Positions 41,712-51,075 of a stretch of 64,000 bases of DNA are shown here, piece after piece. The notes under the pieces are model-generated. The model did not search any database, was not told where the DNA came from, and saw nothing but the letters and a program-made list of their open reading frames with translations. Where the stretch lies: contig CBDFJF010000001.1 of the NCBI GenBank assembly GCA_965248265.1, positions 1,952,001 through 2,016,000 on the forward strand, read 5' to 3'. Positions within the stretch are counted from its first letter, which is position 1. Each line of letters starts with the position of its first letter. Source of the stretch: Candidatus Latescibacterota bacterium. GTDB lineage: Bacteria > Latescibacterota > UBA2968 > UBA8231. The position numbers were made by a program, and so were the translations under genes.

Positions 41712-42871
41712 GAGTGATTCCCCTCGTCAGATACAGCCAAATGCGAAACGCCCATCCATGGACTCACGACAGTCGCCCCACAGTCTAGTTCCCCGATGCG
41801 CGCAAGAATGGCTTTCTGTACCTCGTGATTATTGCTACATATCACTACCAGGTCGTTCTCGTCGAGACTTGACGCTCCCTGAAGCCCGAAACTAGCCTCG
41901 AACGGCTCGTTACAGTTGTCGTCGATGTAGGCGAGTCTAGCGCCATTGAGGCTGTCCCTCAACTCCTGGAACACCCTGCGGAAGTAGAATGAAACCCCGT
42001 AAAAAACGATCCTCCGACCGCACTCGGCATCTCTGATAATCCGCTCAGTGATTTCCTTTCTTTCGTGGCGTAGTGACGCGAACTTTTCCTTGAGCACGGT
42101 TGCCCGCCGAAGACAGGACTTGGTCGTCGATCTTGAACTGTTTTCTTTGACTGCTATGACCCTGAGGAAGTTCGTCCTGTCGACTTCGATGGCGCGGAAT
42201 CCTTGGAGAGTCGCAAGTAGAGAGTCCTTGTCGAAGTGGCATACGTGGTCTAGAATAAAATCCTCCACTTTGTGTCGGAGACACATATCTAAGTCCGGAA
42301 CTTCGACATACAGAATCCCGTCGTCTGACAGAATCTCGCGTATTCCAGCCACAAATTCTCTCGGCTTCTTAGTATGCTCAATCACGTGTTTCGCGATGAC
42401 AACATCGAACTTGCTATTGAAGGACTCAGGCCTGAAGACGTCCCTGACGGTGGGAACCGTCAGGCCGCTGAAGAAGGCAGGTTCAACCCCCAATATGTTT
42501 GCCGTCGGCACCTCCTCCTTGAGGAGGGTTAGGAGATCCCCACGGTTGGAACCAATCTCGAGGACGTTAAGCGGAGTACTCTTTCTCGGTAGGTGCCTGA
42601 GTATAGCTTCCGCCGGGTCAAGATTCCTTTTAGTTCGGTCGGGGAAATCGAAATTCTCATTGACGCCGTAGGATTCGTATATTTTCCCGCTCAGCTCGTC
42701 GTATTCTTCTGTATAGGCGCTTGCTTGAAAAACGAAGCAGCAGCTATGGCAGAGATGTACTCGCAGGCAGAGAGGCGTGTGGCGCAGCAAACTAGCGAAA
42801 CAAGCGCGACCGACTGAGTACACCTCCTCAGTCTGCACAGACTCACACAGAGGACATCTTAGCTCATGCAT
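41708..42871 (-). CDS. Zn-binding class I SAM methyltransferase (NDP-sugar C-methyltransferase-like)
   Basis: CPLC...CHSC, VLEIGSNRG, GVEP, KHVIEH, YVEVP, HVCHF, C-terminal IVFYG domain. Confidence 0.85.
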   Translation of the reverse strand: MHELRCPLCESVQTEEVYSVGRACFASLLRHTPLCLRVHLCHSCCFVFQASAYTEEYDELSGKIYESYGVNENFDFPDRTKRNLDPAEAILRHLPRKSTPLNVLEIGSNRGDLLTLLKEEVPTANILGVEPAFFSGLTVPTVRDVFRPESFNSKFDVVIAKHVIEHTKKPREFVAGIREILSDDGILYVEVPDLDMCLRHKVEDFILDHVCHFDKDSLLATLQGFRAIEVDRTNFLRVIAVKENSSRSTTKSCLRRATVLKEKFASLRHERKEITERIIRDAECGRRIVFYGVSFYFRRVFQELRDSLNGARLAYIDDNCNEPFEASFGLQGASSLDENDLVVICSNNHEVQKAILARIGELDCGATVVSPWMGVSHLAVSDEGNHS

Positions 42872-43731
42872 TGATCTTCAATGTACGTTTCCAGCATGGT
42901 GGTCATATCAGTAGGGCTGTAACCGTATTCGCGTATTGCCCTTTGAGTCGAGATAATGAAGGACCGCTGCGGCGCGGGGAGAGTGCTCACTGCAACTTTC
43001 TTGTTACAGCACCGACGAATTGACTCCGCCATTTCCTTGACAGTCATGGTGCCTTGGGCCGCCAGCGTTAGCACATCGAAACCGGGGAGGCCCTCCCTGG
43101 CCACTAGCTGTGTAGTGAAACTACAGAGATCACCTATGTCGACGGCGTTGTTAAACGCTGCATCCGGGTTGTAGATCGTGATGTCGACACCAGCTCGTAC
43201 GTCTCGCACGAGTCTCGCCAGCCACGGCCGTTTAGCCCCTCGACCGATGACGCCTGGAAGCCTCAACGCGACGATGGAGAGACTTTCCTTGAAGCTCTCA
43301 AGGAGCTGCTCACAGACGTATTTGCTGGTGCCATATGGGCCCGGACTTCGCACTTCCGTGTTTTCGTCAACTTCCGTCACTTCGACATCGCCGTATACGG
43401 AAATACTCGAGAGGAACACCAGGTTCCTGCACCGTGTTCGCACGGCAGCCGACATCAAATTGTCTGTTCCTACTACGTTGTCCGCGATGTAATCTCGGAC
43501 AACGACACCCTTGTCGGGAGATCGGGCAGCTGCGTGAACTATGGCGTCGATGTCTTCGGGCAGCTTCGGGATTGCCTTACTAAGATCGGCTACGACAATC
43601 TCGGGAGCAGTGCTGCTTGCGTGCGAATATTCTGTCCTGACTAGACAGACCGGATCCAAACCATGAGCGCGAATAGACTCGACTACCTGTCGACCGATGA
43701 ATCCGCCAGCGCCCGTTACTAGTATTCGCAA
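42859..43731 (-). CDS. NAD-dependent epimerase/dehydratase
   Basis: TGAGGFIG, SSISVYG, YGTSK, LRLPGVIG. Confidence 0.92.
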   Translation of the reverse strand: MRILVTGAGGFIGRQVVESIRAHGLDPVCLVRTEYSHASSTAPEIVVADLSKAIPKLPEDIDAIVHAAARSPDKGVVVRDYIADNVVGTDNLMSAAVRTRCRNLVFLSSISVYGDVEVTEVDENTEVRSPGPYGTSKYVCEQLLESFKESLSIVALRLPGVIGRGAKRPWLARLVRDVRAGVDITIYNPDAAFNNAVDIGDLCSFTTQLVAREGLPGFDVLTLAAQGTMTVKEMAESIRRCCNKKVAVSTLPAPQRSFIISTQRAIREYGYSPTDMTTMLETYIEDQCMS

Positions 43732-43746
43732 AATCTCATCGAAGCA

Positions 43747-44874
43747 TCATTGGAGACTCGTCGCTACTCCCATCGCCTGCTCTATACAGTCATCAATGTC
43801 AACTCTGTACTGATAACTGCCCGCCCTGCCGATCGAGAACACTCGGTCCGGCATATCCCGAATGTACTTTTTCGCCTTTGCGATCTCAGACTTGAAGGGA
43901 ACTGGGTAATACTTGCCATTCATCGATGGAATTTCCATGCCCACCAGAGTCGTAGGGGCATCCCAGTTCTGCCGTGTAAATTGCTTGTATTCCACTAGCC
44001 GCGTGAAGCCTTCGTCGTTGGCATAGTACAGGAAATAAACATTTTCGGGAAACGAGTGTGCGACAGGCAGAACAATCTTGTGGAAATCGCGACCGACAAA
44101 CGGCAGCTCGCCGTATGTACCGTTCATCACGATGTCCGGAGAAATAGTATTGACGATGACGTCGAACGCCCTTTTGGCTCCATCGATCACGACGGCGCGC
44201 CTGGCAAGATCATATGACTCAATCGTCGTCCCCAGCATCACGGTTGCGCCTGCTGTTGCAATGTCGAAATAGTCGTTATAGCCGTTCGCAGCATAGGGAT
44301 ACGCGGAGATCGCCGTGTCCCATGCTTCCTTCGGGCCATCCTTCAGAGTGACTCCTTTCGGCGACCACGTAAAGTCATCGATGTCGCGATTGTCCTCGAC
44401 GAGCCACATCTTCTTCGAGTAAGTCTTGACGAACTTGCTGTATAGTGTCTCCCCGATTGAAGCAATCCAGAATTCCTCGAAATTCCTCGCGTTACCGGCC
44501 CCTTGAAGGCGCCGTACTTCCGCCAGCTCTTCTTCGATTCGATCGCTGTCGGGCATGCGCTCGACATCGTCTATATGAATAGGGTAGTTGTAGAACTGAG
44601 CGTCCCTCTCCACATATGTGAGAAAGATGTGCTCCTGGCAGCGTCGCAACGGGCACAACGCGTTGAGGTAATCGAAAACCGCCTCGTTCTGCGTCAGAAA
44701 GTGCCGCGGACCAAAGGTATAGGGGTGCCCGCCGAACCACTGTGTCCTCACGCCTGCGCCCAGATGCGGGGCCCGTTCGACAAGCGTAATATCCCATCCC
44801 CCTTGGGTGGTAAGCATGTGTGCTGCCGAACATCCCGCGAAGCCTCCACCGATAATCAATGCTGTCTTTGCCAA
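43747..44874 (-). CDS. UDP-galactopyranose mutase-like flavoprotein (divergent Glf)
   Basis: IIGGGFAG, FGPRHFLT, YSKKMW, FTRLVEYKQF, YYPVP, IGRAGSYQY. Confidence 0.8.
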   Translation of the reverse strand: MAKTALIIGGGFAGCSAAHMLTTQGGWDITLVERAPHLGAGVRTQWFGGHPYTFGPRHFLTQNEAVFDYLNALCPLRRCQEHIFLTYVERDAQFYNYPIHIDDVERMPDSDRIEEELAEVRRLQGAGNARNFEEFWIASIGETLYSKFVKTYSKKMWLVEDNRDIDDFTWSPKGVTLKDGPKEAWDTAISAYPYAANGYNDYFDIATAGATVMLGTTIESYDLARRAVVIDGAKRAFDVIVNTISPDIVMNGTYGELPFVGRDFHKIVLPVAHSFPENVYFLYYANDEGFTRLVEYKQFTRQNWDAPTTLVGMEIPSMNGKYYPVPFKSEIAKAKKYIRDMPDRVFSIGRAGSYQYRVDIDDCIEQAMGVATSLQ

Positions 44875-44887
44875 ATCGTATCCGCTC

Positions 44888-45934
44888 TCAGCCAACCATG
44901 CCAATCAGACATCGTCCGGTAGCACCGTCTCTGACGGCATCGAGGGCAACGTTTATCTCGCTTAGGTTAAACTCATGAGTGATCAGGCCATCCAATGTCA
45001 TCTTGCCGCTCTTACATAGCTGCACATAGCGAGGAATCTCCACATCGGGGCGCGAGCTTCCGCCATGAGATCCTGTAAGGACCTTCTGATAGTGCAGAGG
45101 TAGGGAGTGAATGGATATGTTGTCGCCCTGGCGGGGAACTCCGACGAGGATCGTCTTGCCGTTTGGTGACGTAAGGTTGTACGCCGCTTCTATGACGCTG
45201 GTATTGCCGGTCGTGTCGATGACCACATCTGCGCCCTGCTCTCCCACGATCTCCCGAATGCCTGCTGCAGTGTCTCGCTCGCCCTCAGCTACAAAGCCAT
45301 GGGTCATCCCGAACTGCTTGGCCATCTCCAGCTTCGACTCGACCACGTCCACCCCAATAATGGGATGTGCAGACACCATGTCAGCCCCCTGGATGGTGTT
45401 GAGGCCGACCCCACCTACACCGAAAACGACGACAGACTGGCCGATCTTCACCTGGGCATCATTGTTGATGACCCCCATCGCGGTAGTGACGGCACAACCG
45501 AACAGAGGCGCCAGTTTCATGTCGAAATCGTTCGGAATGACTGTCAGTCGATTCTCCGATACTACAGCCAAGTCGTTGAAGGTGGTCACCCAACCAGCGT
45601 TAACGGTACGACCGTCCCACTTGTAGGAGGGTGTCTCTGACTGGAGACCACTGCTGGGACGCCAATGGAGGACTACGTGATCGCCCGGAGTTACTGTCTT
45701 GACACCCGGCCCCACGTCTTCGACTACGCCAGAGCCCTCGTGGCCGAGAAGGTGCGGTAGATAAGGGTCAGCGCCCTTAACGCCGTCGATCTCATTCAGC
45801 TGAGCGCCACAGATGCCGCTATACATGACTCTGACAAGGACCTGGCCATAGGTCAAATCAGATGTTGCTGTCAGTTCGACCACAGATAGTGGTTCGTGTT
45901 GGTTCACCAATACTGCAGCCCTCAACGTTACCAT
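44888..45934 (-). CDS. zinc-binding alcohol dehydrogenase (MDR)
   Basis: GICG, LGHEGSG, FGCAVTT, GVGGVG; lacks the structural-Zn 4-Cys loop. Confidence 0.92.
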   Translation of the reverse strand: MVTLRAAVLVNQHEPLSVVELTATSDLTYGQVLVRVMYSGICGAQLNEIDGVKGADPYLPHLLGHEGSGVVEDVGPGVKTVTPGDHVVLHWRPSSGLQSETPSYKWDGRTVNAGWVTTFNDLAVVSENRLTVIPNDFDMKLAPLFGCAVTTAMGVINNDAQVKIGQSVVVFGVGGVGLNTIQGADMVSAHPIIGVDVVESKLEMAKQFGMTHGFVAEGERDTAAGIREIVGEQGADVVIDTTGNTSVIEAAYNLTSPNGKTILVGVPRQGDNISIHSLPLHYQKVLTGSHGGSSRPDVEIPRYVQLCKSGKMTLDGLITHEFNLSEINVALDAVRDGATGRCLIGMVG

Positions 45935-45946
45935 GCCGTCATTGTT

Positions 45947-46609
45947 TCATTCGAAGAAGATGAACTCGTAATCCCCAGTATACCCGTACTGCTGAAGCAG
46001 CCATATCCACTCTGCCGTATCAAAGAATGTCTCCGCCGTAAGCGCCCAGCACTGAAGGTTGAAGAGCTCCTCCTCGTCTCGGTAACTCTCGACCATCACG
46101 TATTTGTTCCTCCCTACCCTTTCGATCTCCCGAACAGCATTCGCCAGCTCAAAGAGCCGAAGATTGTGCAGGCAGCCGAATGAGATGACCAGGTCAAAAT
46201 AGTCATCGCCATATGGGTATACATCCTGAGCACGGTAGTTGGACAGAGAGATGCGGGAGGGTGTTGGTGCATCGCTAACTCCATGTTTAGAAATGTCAAA
46301 ACCGTAGACCTCCGATTCGGGTAGGAGCTCTGCCAACTCATGGAGCAGGTGGGCCTTCCCGCAACCCACATCCAGAATCAGTGCGTCTGATGACAGACTG
46401 TAGATCTCTATCAGCCTTTCGGCGACCGCCTTCCATCTTCCATCGTAGGCGTAACCCCCGTACCCATACCGCCTGTCGCCATCCCAGTAATCGTACTCAT
46501 ACTCCTTTGCCTTCATCATGCAGTGCACCTTTTCGTCCTGCATGCGACCGACGTAATCTCTCTGTGTCCGCCTGTGAAGCGGTGTTACTACGTTCATCAG
46601 TCTTCCCAT
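45947..46609 (-). CDS. class I SAM-dependent methyltransferase
   Basis: YWDGDRRYGYGGY, LDVGCGK, FDLVIS..CLHNL. Confidence 0.88.
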   Translation of the reverse strand: MGRLMNVVTPLHRRTQRDYVGRMQDEKVHCMMKAKEYEYDYWDGDRRYGYGGYAYDGRWKAVAERLIEIYSLSSDALILDVGCGKAHLLHELAELLPESEVYGFDISKHGVSDAPTPSRISLSNYRAQDVYPYGDDYFDLVISFGCLHNLRLFELANAVREIERVGRNKYVMVESYRDEEELFNLQCWALTAETFFDTAEWIWLLQQYGYTGDYEFIFFE

Positions 46610-46622
46610 AGCTCGGCTCCCT

Positions 46623-47552
46623 CTATCCCTCTCTGTTCATCATGCACACCTGGTCCACGATGCGCTGCGAGGTGACTTGGTAGCGTGCCATCAAACTGAC
46701 TTGTGTGCCGTACTCTTCTGCGAACTGATCAGGGATGCCAATCCGGTGAAATCGCCGCGTGGCAGTAGCCGTGTTTTCCATCAAGACTTCGGCGACCGCA
46801 CTCCCCAGGCCGCCGACTACAGTGTGTTCTTCGATGGTCACAACCGAGGGAGTGTCTGCGGCATGCTGCAGAAGGGCCTCGGTATCCAGCGGCTTCACAG
46901 TATGCATGTGTAGAATTGCCGCTTCAATCCCCTGCTCACTGAGCCGATCTGACGCCTCCAACGCTAGTCGAAGACAGATGCCCGTTGTCACCAGCAGGAC
47001 ATCACGGCCCTCACGCATGTGGATCGCCTTGCCTATCTCGAATCGAGAGCCGTCATTGGTGACCACTGGATCGTATCCCTTAGCCAAGCGGATGTACAGA
47101 GGGCCATCGAGATCGAGAGTCAGAGGCATCAGGCGGCGCATCTCATCAGCGTCGGCGGGGGCCACTATAGTCATATTCGGGATGGTCCGCAGTATCGCCA
47201 TGTCATCTGTCGCTAGGTGTGTGGGTCCGAGAGGAGCATACACGTATCCTCCGCCATTGCCGATCAACCGAACAGGCACATTGTGCAGGCAAACATCCAA
47301 TACGATCTGTTCGAAACACCGTCGTGTCAAAAATGTCGCGATGGTATTGACATACGGGATTTTGCCTTCGAGAGCGAGTCCAGCCGCCACGCCCACGATG
47401 TTGGCTTCACTGACGCCCTCCATGAAGAAGCGCTCCGGCATTTCCTCCTTGAATGCCTGCAGTACGCCGACCCCCAGATCCGAACCAATGAAGAAGACTC
47501 GCCGATCTCGCTTGGCGAGTTCGTACACCAAATCCAGACAGGTCTTACGCAC
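46623..47552 (-). CDS. transketolase, C-terminal (pyrimidine-binding) subunit
   Basis: GSDLG, GVSEANIVG, LGPTH, YIRL, VKPLD, TIEEH..GGLGS; start GTG 47552. Confidence 0.93.
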   Translation of the reverse strand: MRKTCLDLVYELAKRDRRVFFIGSDLGVGVLQAFKEEMPERFFMEGVSEANIVGVAAGLALEGKIPYVNTIATFLTRRCFEQIVLDVCLHNVPVRLIGNGGGYVYAPLGPTHLATDDMAILRTIPNMTIVAPADADEMRRLMPLTLDLDGPLYIRLAKGYDPVVTNDGSRFEIGKAIHMREGRDVLLVTTGICLRLALEASDRLSEQGIEAAILHMHTVKPLDTEALLQHAADTPSVVTIEEHTVVGGLGSAVAEVLMENTATATRRFHRIGIPDQFAEEYGTQVSLMARYQVTSQRIVDQVCMMNREG

Positions 47553-48372
47553 GAATGGTCCCCAAGTCGACCCACAGCTCATGGAGTTCCTGATCGGACA
47601 GTTGGCTCTTGTGGTGCCACTCCATCTCGTTTTCCGCGAAGGAAATCCCTCTCCCTTTTACGGTATGGCAAATGATTGCGTTGGGCCGACCCGACTCAAC
47701 TGGCAAGGTCTTCAAGACACTGGCCAGGGCCTGTACGCTATGGCCGTCCACGCTCGTCACGCCAAAGCCAAAGCTGGTCCACTTGTCTTCAATGGGCTCA
47801 AGGCTCTGCACCTCCTCTGTGGAAGAGTAGGATTGGTGCTTGTTGTAATCGACCAGAACTGTGAGATTGTCGAGTCGATGTTTGCCGGCACAGAGAGCTG
47901 CCTCCCACACCGATCCCTCGTTCGACTCGCCATCGCCGATTACCACAAACACTCGATACCGCATTTGTTCAAATCTGGCGTTCAGCGCCATTCCTATCCC
48001 AATCGAGAGGCCATGGCCGAGGCTCCCAGTAGACGCCTCGACTCCGGGGATTTTTCTCTCGGGGTGGCCCCCCAATATTCCGTCACTTTGACAGAACTTG
48101 CTCAGCTCAGACTCCGGGAAGAACCCCTTGTCCGACAGAATGGCGTAAAGTGCCAGACAACCATGCCCCTTGCTCAATATGAAACGATCGCGTTCTGGCC
48201 ACCGAGGACTACAAGAGTCAAACCTGAGTACACCGTCATAGAGTACCCGGAGAATCTCGACGAGCGAAAACGCCGCTCCCAGGTGTCCCCGTCGACTGGA
48301 CTCCAATGTGCGAATCATGATCTTGCGGAGCTCGATCGAGCGCTCGTCCAATGGCGTTGTGGCCGACGGCAT
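47545..48372 (-). CDS. transketolase, N-terminal (ThDP-binding) subunit
   Basis: GHLG, RDRFILSKGH, STGSLGHGL, GDGESNEGSVWEA, TVKGRG. Confidence 0.95.
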   Translation of the reverse strand: MPSATTPLDERSIELRKIMIRTLESSRRGHLGAAFSLVEILRVLYDGVLRFDSCSPRWPERDRFILSKGHGCLALYAILSDKGFFPESELSKFCQSDGILGGHPERKIPGVEASTGSLGHGLSIGIGMALNARFEQMRYRVFVVIGDGESNEGSVWEAALCAGKHRLDNLTVLVDYNKHQSYSSTEEVQSLEPIEDKWTSFGFGVTSVDGHSVQALASVLKTLPVESGRPNAIICHTVKGRGISFAENEMEWHHKSQLSDQELHELWVDLGTIRA

Positions 48373-48375
48373 CTG

Positions 48376-49452
48376 CTATATCCTGTAGGGAAAACCTCGA
48401 TGCTCGCCTACTCGATCCAACATCGTCCTAGCCTTGTCCAGCTGGCGCAATCTCAGACACCTTATATCTTCCGGCCCCGCTGACGACGCGAATGGGCGCC
48501 TTTGCAGCTCAGTGGGAACAAACTCGTTCAGAAGTACCATACACCACTTCAAACCGAATAGTGGATAGGCTATCTGCACTCGCTTTACCAATTCCTCCGA
48601 CTCAGGGAAGTAGTTCAGTATGCCATCGAGAAAAGTTTGCCTCAGCCCGGAACCAATCGCCATCCTCTCATGAGGATGGAGGAGGAAATCAACGATCATC
48701 TTGGCTGGATCGTCCCAGCCGAAATGCTCGAAGTCCAGAAAAACCAACTCACCTCCGGACCGTCTCAATACATTGTGAAAGCCGAAGTCGGATGGACTGA
48801 GGGTCCGCCAAGGTGTTGGGATCTCGCTGCGAAACGTCAGCCCCCAAGAGCTGGCCATCCTCTCACAGCGAGTGGACAGCTCCGAAAACAAAGGCCTAAA
48901 GTCCCGCTCGAGGAACGTATTGAGCTCCGCGAACTCGTAGCCTTTTTCGTCATTCCTCAACCTATTCAAGCGTCCAGCTATACTGTCCACTACCGCGGCA
49001 CCGGAGAAGCAGGCCTCGGATGCGACGAACAACCGGGAGGCTGCCGGTTGCTCGCTCAGGAGGCGCAGATGCTTCAGGAAATCGATGGCCTGAGCGATAT
49101 CGTTCCGCGTCACTCCAGCCACGGCAATACTCTGTCCCTCAACATACTCATAGAGTGCACACCTGTGAGACCAGCTAATAACCACAGGTCTGGTTACGTT
49201 CACAACGCCAGTGGATCGCAAGAACTGCAGAGCGCGCCACTCGGCCTCCATACGGTCCCGCTGGCCGGAGATCAGGGCAGGATAGATCTTCGCCACATAC
49301 CGCGCATCCCCACACTCAATCTTGAAAACCCGGCTATTCCGGCCCCCATCCAACGGGGAGACGTTCTCGCTCTCTTGGCCGAGAAGTTCCCGTATGGCAG
49401 CGAGGCTCGGTTGAAGGTCGCCGCTAACCCTGGGTGCCGAAGAAATAGCCAT
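48376..49452 (-). CDS. aminoglycoside phosphotransferase / choline kinase-fold kinase
   Basis: GGRNSRVF, VAK, LSPSDFGFHN, FLDFEHFGWDD. Confidence 0.85.
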   Translation of the reverse strand: MAISSAPRVSGDLQPSLAAIRELLGQESENVSPLDGGRNSRVFKIECGDARYVAKIYPALISGQRDRMEAEWRALQFLRSTGVVNVTRPVVISWSHRCALYEYVEGQSIAVAGVTRNDIAQAIDFLKHLRLLSEQPAASRLFVASEACFSGAAVVDSIAGRLNRLRNDEKGYEFAELNTFLERDFRPLFSELSTRCERMASSWGLTFRSEIPTPWRTLSPSDFGFHNVLRRSGGELVFLDFEHFGWDDPAKMIVDFLLHPHERMAIGSGLRQTFLDGILNYFPESEELVKRVQIAYPLFGLKWCMVLLNEFVPTELQRRPFASSAGPEDIRCLRLRQLDKARTMLDRVGEHRGFPYRI

Positions 49453-50074
49453 ATATGTCTGACCAGCGACCGCGAAGTCGAATGCCGTTGAGGTCGTGAT
49501 CTCGTGATCCATGCTGGGTGAACAGTATCCTCTCCACCTCTGTTGGGAACGCAGGCTCCAAGAACACTTCCATCAAGTCATCGACGAATGTAGTGCAACC
49601 CAATCGTCTGATGTGCTGTATCTTCTCCCGACGAGTCGTGGCAAAGATAATATCACGTCGTGTCAGTCCGATATCGCTGTTGAACAGCCCTGCTCTTTCC
49701 ATCCATCCAACAGCAGCTTCGCGTAGGTTCGTTCCGGTCTCATCGTAATTTGCAAGTTCGGTCTTGTGGCTTACTATCCGCACCGATACACCCGTGACAT
49801 GGCACTGGCCAAGAAACTCGTGCACGCCTTCGATCAGACAGGCCTCGGCGATTCTGGGGCCGTATACGCATGCCTGAACCTTTTGCCACTCGACTTCCCC
49901 GTTGGGTAAACGGCGAATGTAGTCTCGGTACTTCTGCTTGCTCCAGTTCTCTACGCAGGGACGGAAGCCTCTCTTGACTACCTCATCTGCGATGACACGA
50001 TCGTACGCCACGATCGTGTTGTCGAAATCCACACCGATAATGGGATTCATTGGAAGCGTAGCCCGGCGATTCAT
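49424..50074 (-). CDS. HAD-superfamily hydrolase
   Basis: IGVDFDNT, IVSHKT, K...FVDD motifs. Confidence 0.85.
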   Translation of the reverse strand: MNRRATLPMNPIIGVDFDNTIVAYDRVIADEVVKRGFRPCVENWSKQKYRDYIRRLPNGEVEWQKVQACVYGPRIAEACLIEGVHEFLGQCHVTGVSVRIVSHKTELANYDETGTNLREAAVGWMERAGLFNSDIGLTRRDIIFATTRREKIQHIRRLGCTTFVDDLMEVFLEPAFPTEVERILFTQHGSRDHDLNGIRLRGRWSDIYGYFFGTQG

Positions 50075-51075
50075 TGCATGCCCAAAGCCTGCATAGTCTT
50101 GATGTTATAGTAGGATTTATCAGTCATGGAGTTTTGAACTAACCCACGCTCAAAAGCACCCACTAAATCACGTACTGCGTCTGCGATGGTGCGCTTGGCG
50201 ACAAAGCCAAGCTCGCGCTTGATCTTTTCGGATGAAATGTGGTAGGACCGATGGTCGTCGGTGGGCGTGGACTCTATCTCGACATCGCCCCCCACCTCAC
50301 GCCTAACAATATCGGCGATCTCTGAGACCCGATGGTTCTCATAACCAGCGTTGTAAATGCGACCATCGACAGCTTCATCCGGCCACTCGAGCGCTTGAGA
50401 GTACAGATCAGTGACGTCATCTATGTGAATATTCGGCCGCTTCTGCTGCCCCCCGAAGACTTTAATACGCCGGTTGAGAAGGGCGTGATTCGTCAGAATA
50501 TTGACAGTGAGATCGAGCCTGAGACGGGGGGCGTATCCGCAGACAGTTGCCGGCCGCAGTATCAGACCGACAAACCCCGGTTGCCTCTCGCGCAGAAGGA
50601 TCTCCTCGCATAGAGCCTTGTACCTGGAGTAATCGGTAAGTGGATTGAGGCTCAGATCTTCAGTGACATTATCCTCCTGCTTGACGCCGTATACGCTCGA
50701 AGAAGAGGCAAATACGAAACGCTTCACCTGTGCCTTCTTTGCTATCTGAATGAGCGGAAGGAAGGCGTCGTAGTTTATTGATCGACCGAGTTCAGGATTG
50801 AGATCAAAGCTGGGATCGTTGGAGATACACGCCAGGTGGATGATCGCGTCACATCCGTTGACTGCCTCGCGTAGGGCGGCTGTGTCACGAAGGTCACCCT
50901 TGACCTGCTCCAGGTTCGGGTGATGTCTGACTGAGTCAAGCACGTAAGTGCCATAGATATAAAGATCAAACACTCGCACACGGAAGCCCTGTCGCAGTAG
51001 CTTCGGCACTAACGAACTGCCGACGTATCCGGCGCCTCCTGTAACTAGTACTCTATCGACCATCGGTCTCGACAA
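50071..51075 (-). CDS. NAD-dependent epimerase/dehydratase (extended SDR)
   Basis: TGGAGYVG, HLACISNDP, SSSSVYG, YSRYK, RPATVCG, RLDLTVN. Confidence 0.93.
   Translation of the reverse strand: MSRPMVDRVLVTGGAGYVGSSLVPKLLRQGFRVRVFDLYIYGTYVLDSVRHHPNLEQVKGDLRDTAALREAVNGCDAIIHLACISNDPSFDLNPELGRSINYDAFLPLIQIAKKAQVKRFVFASSSSVYGVKQEDNVTEDLSLNPLTDYSRYKALCEEILLRERQPGFVGLILRPATVCGYAPRLRLDLTVNILTNHALLNRRIKVFGGQQKRPNIHIDDVTDLYSQALEWPDEAVDGRIYNAGYENHRVSEIADIVRREVGGDVEIESTPTDDHRSYHISSEKIKRELGFVAKRTIADAVRDLVGAFERGLVQNSMTDKSYYNIKTMQALGMQ

Noticed and set aside
46759-48483. 574-aa plus-strand ORF
   Set aside because: Antisense shadow of the two transketolase genes; no motifs, biased composition.
48376-49452. 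APH kinase and GNAT as antibiotic resistance genes
   Set aside because: Fold-level similarity only, and both sit inside a sugar-biosynthesis operon.
48637-49491. 284-aa plus-strand ORF (likewise 32690..33442, 19854..20555, 63172..63888)
   Set aside because: Antisense to well-supported genes; no family signal.
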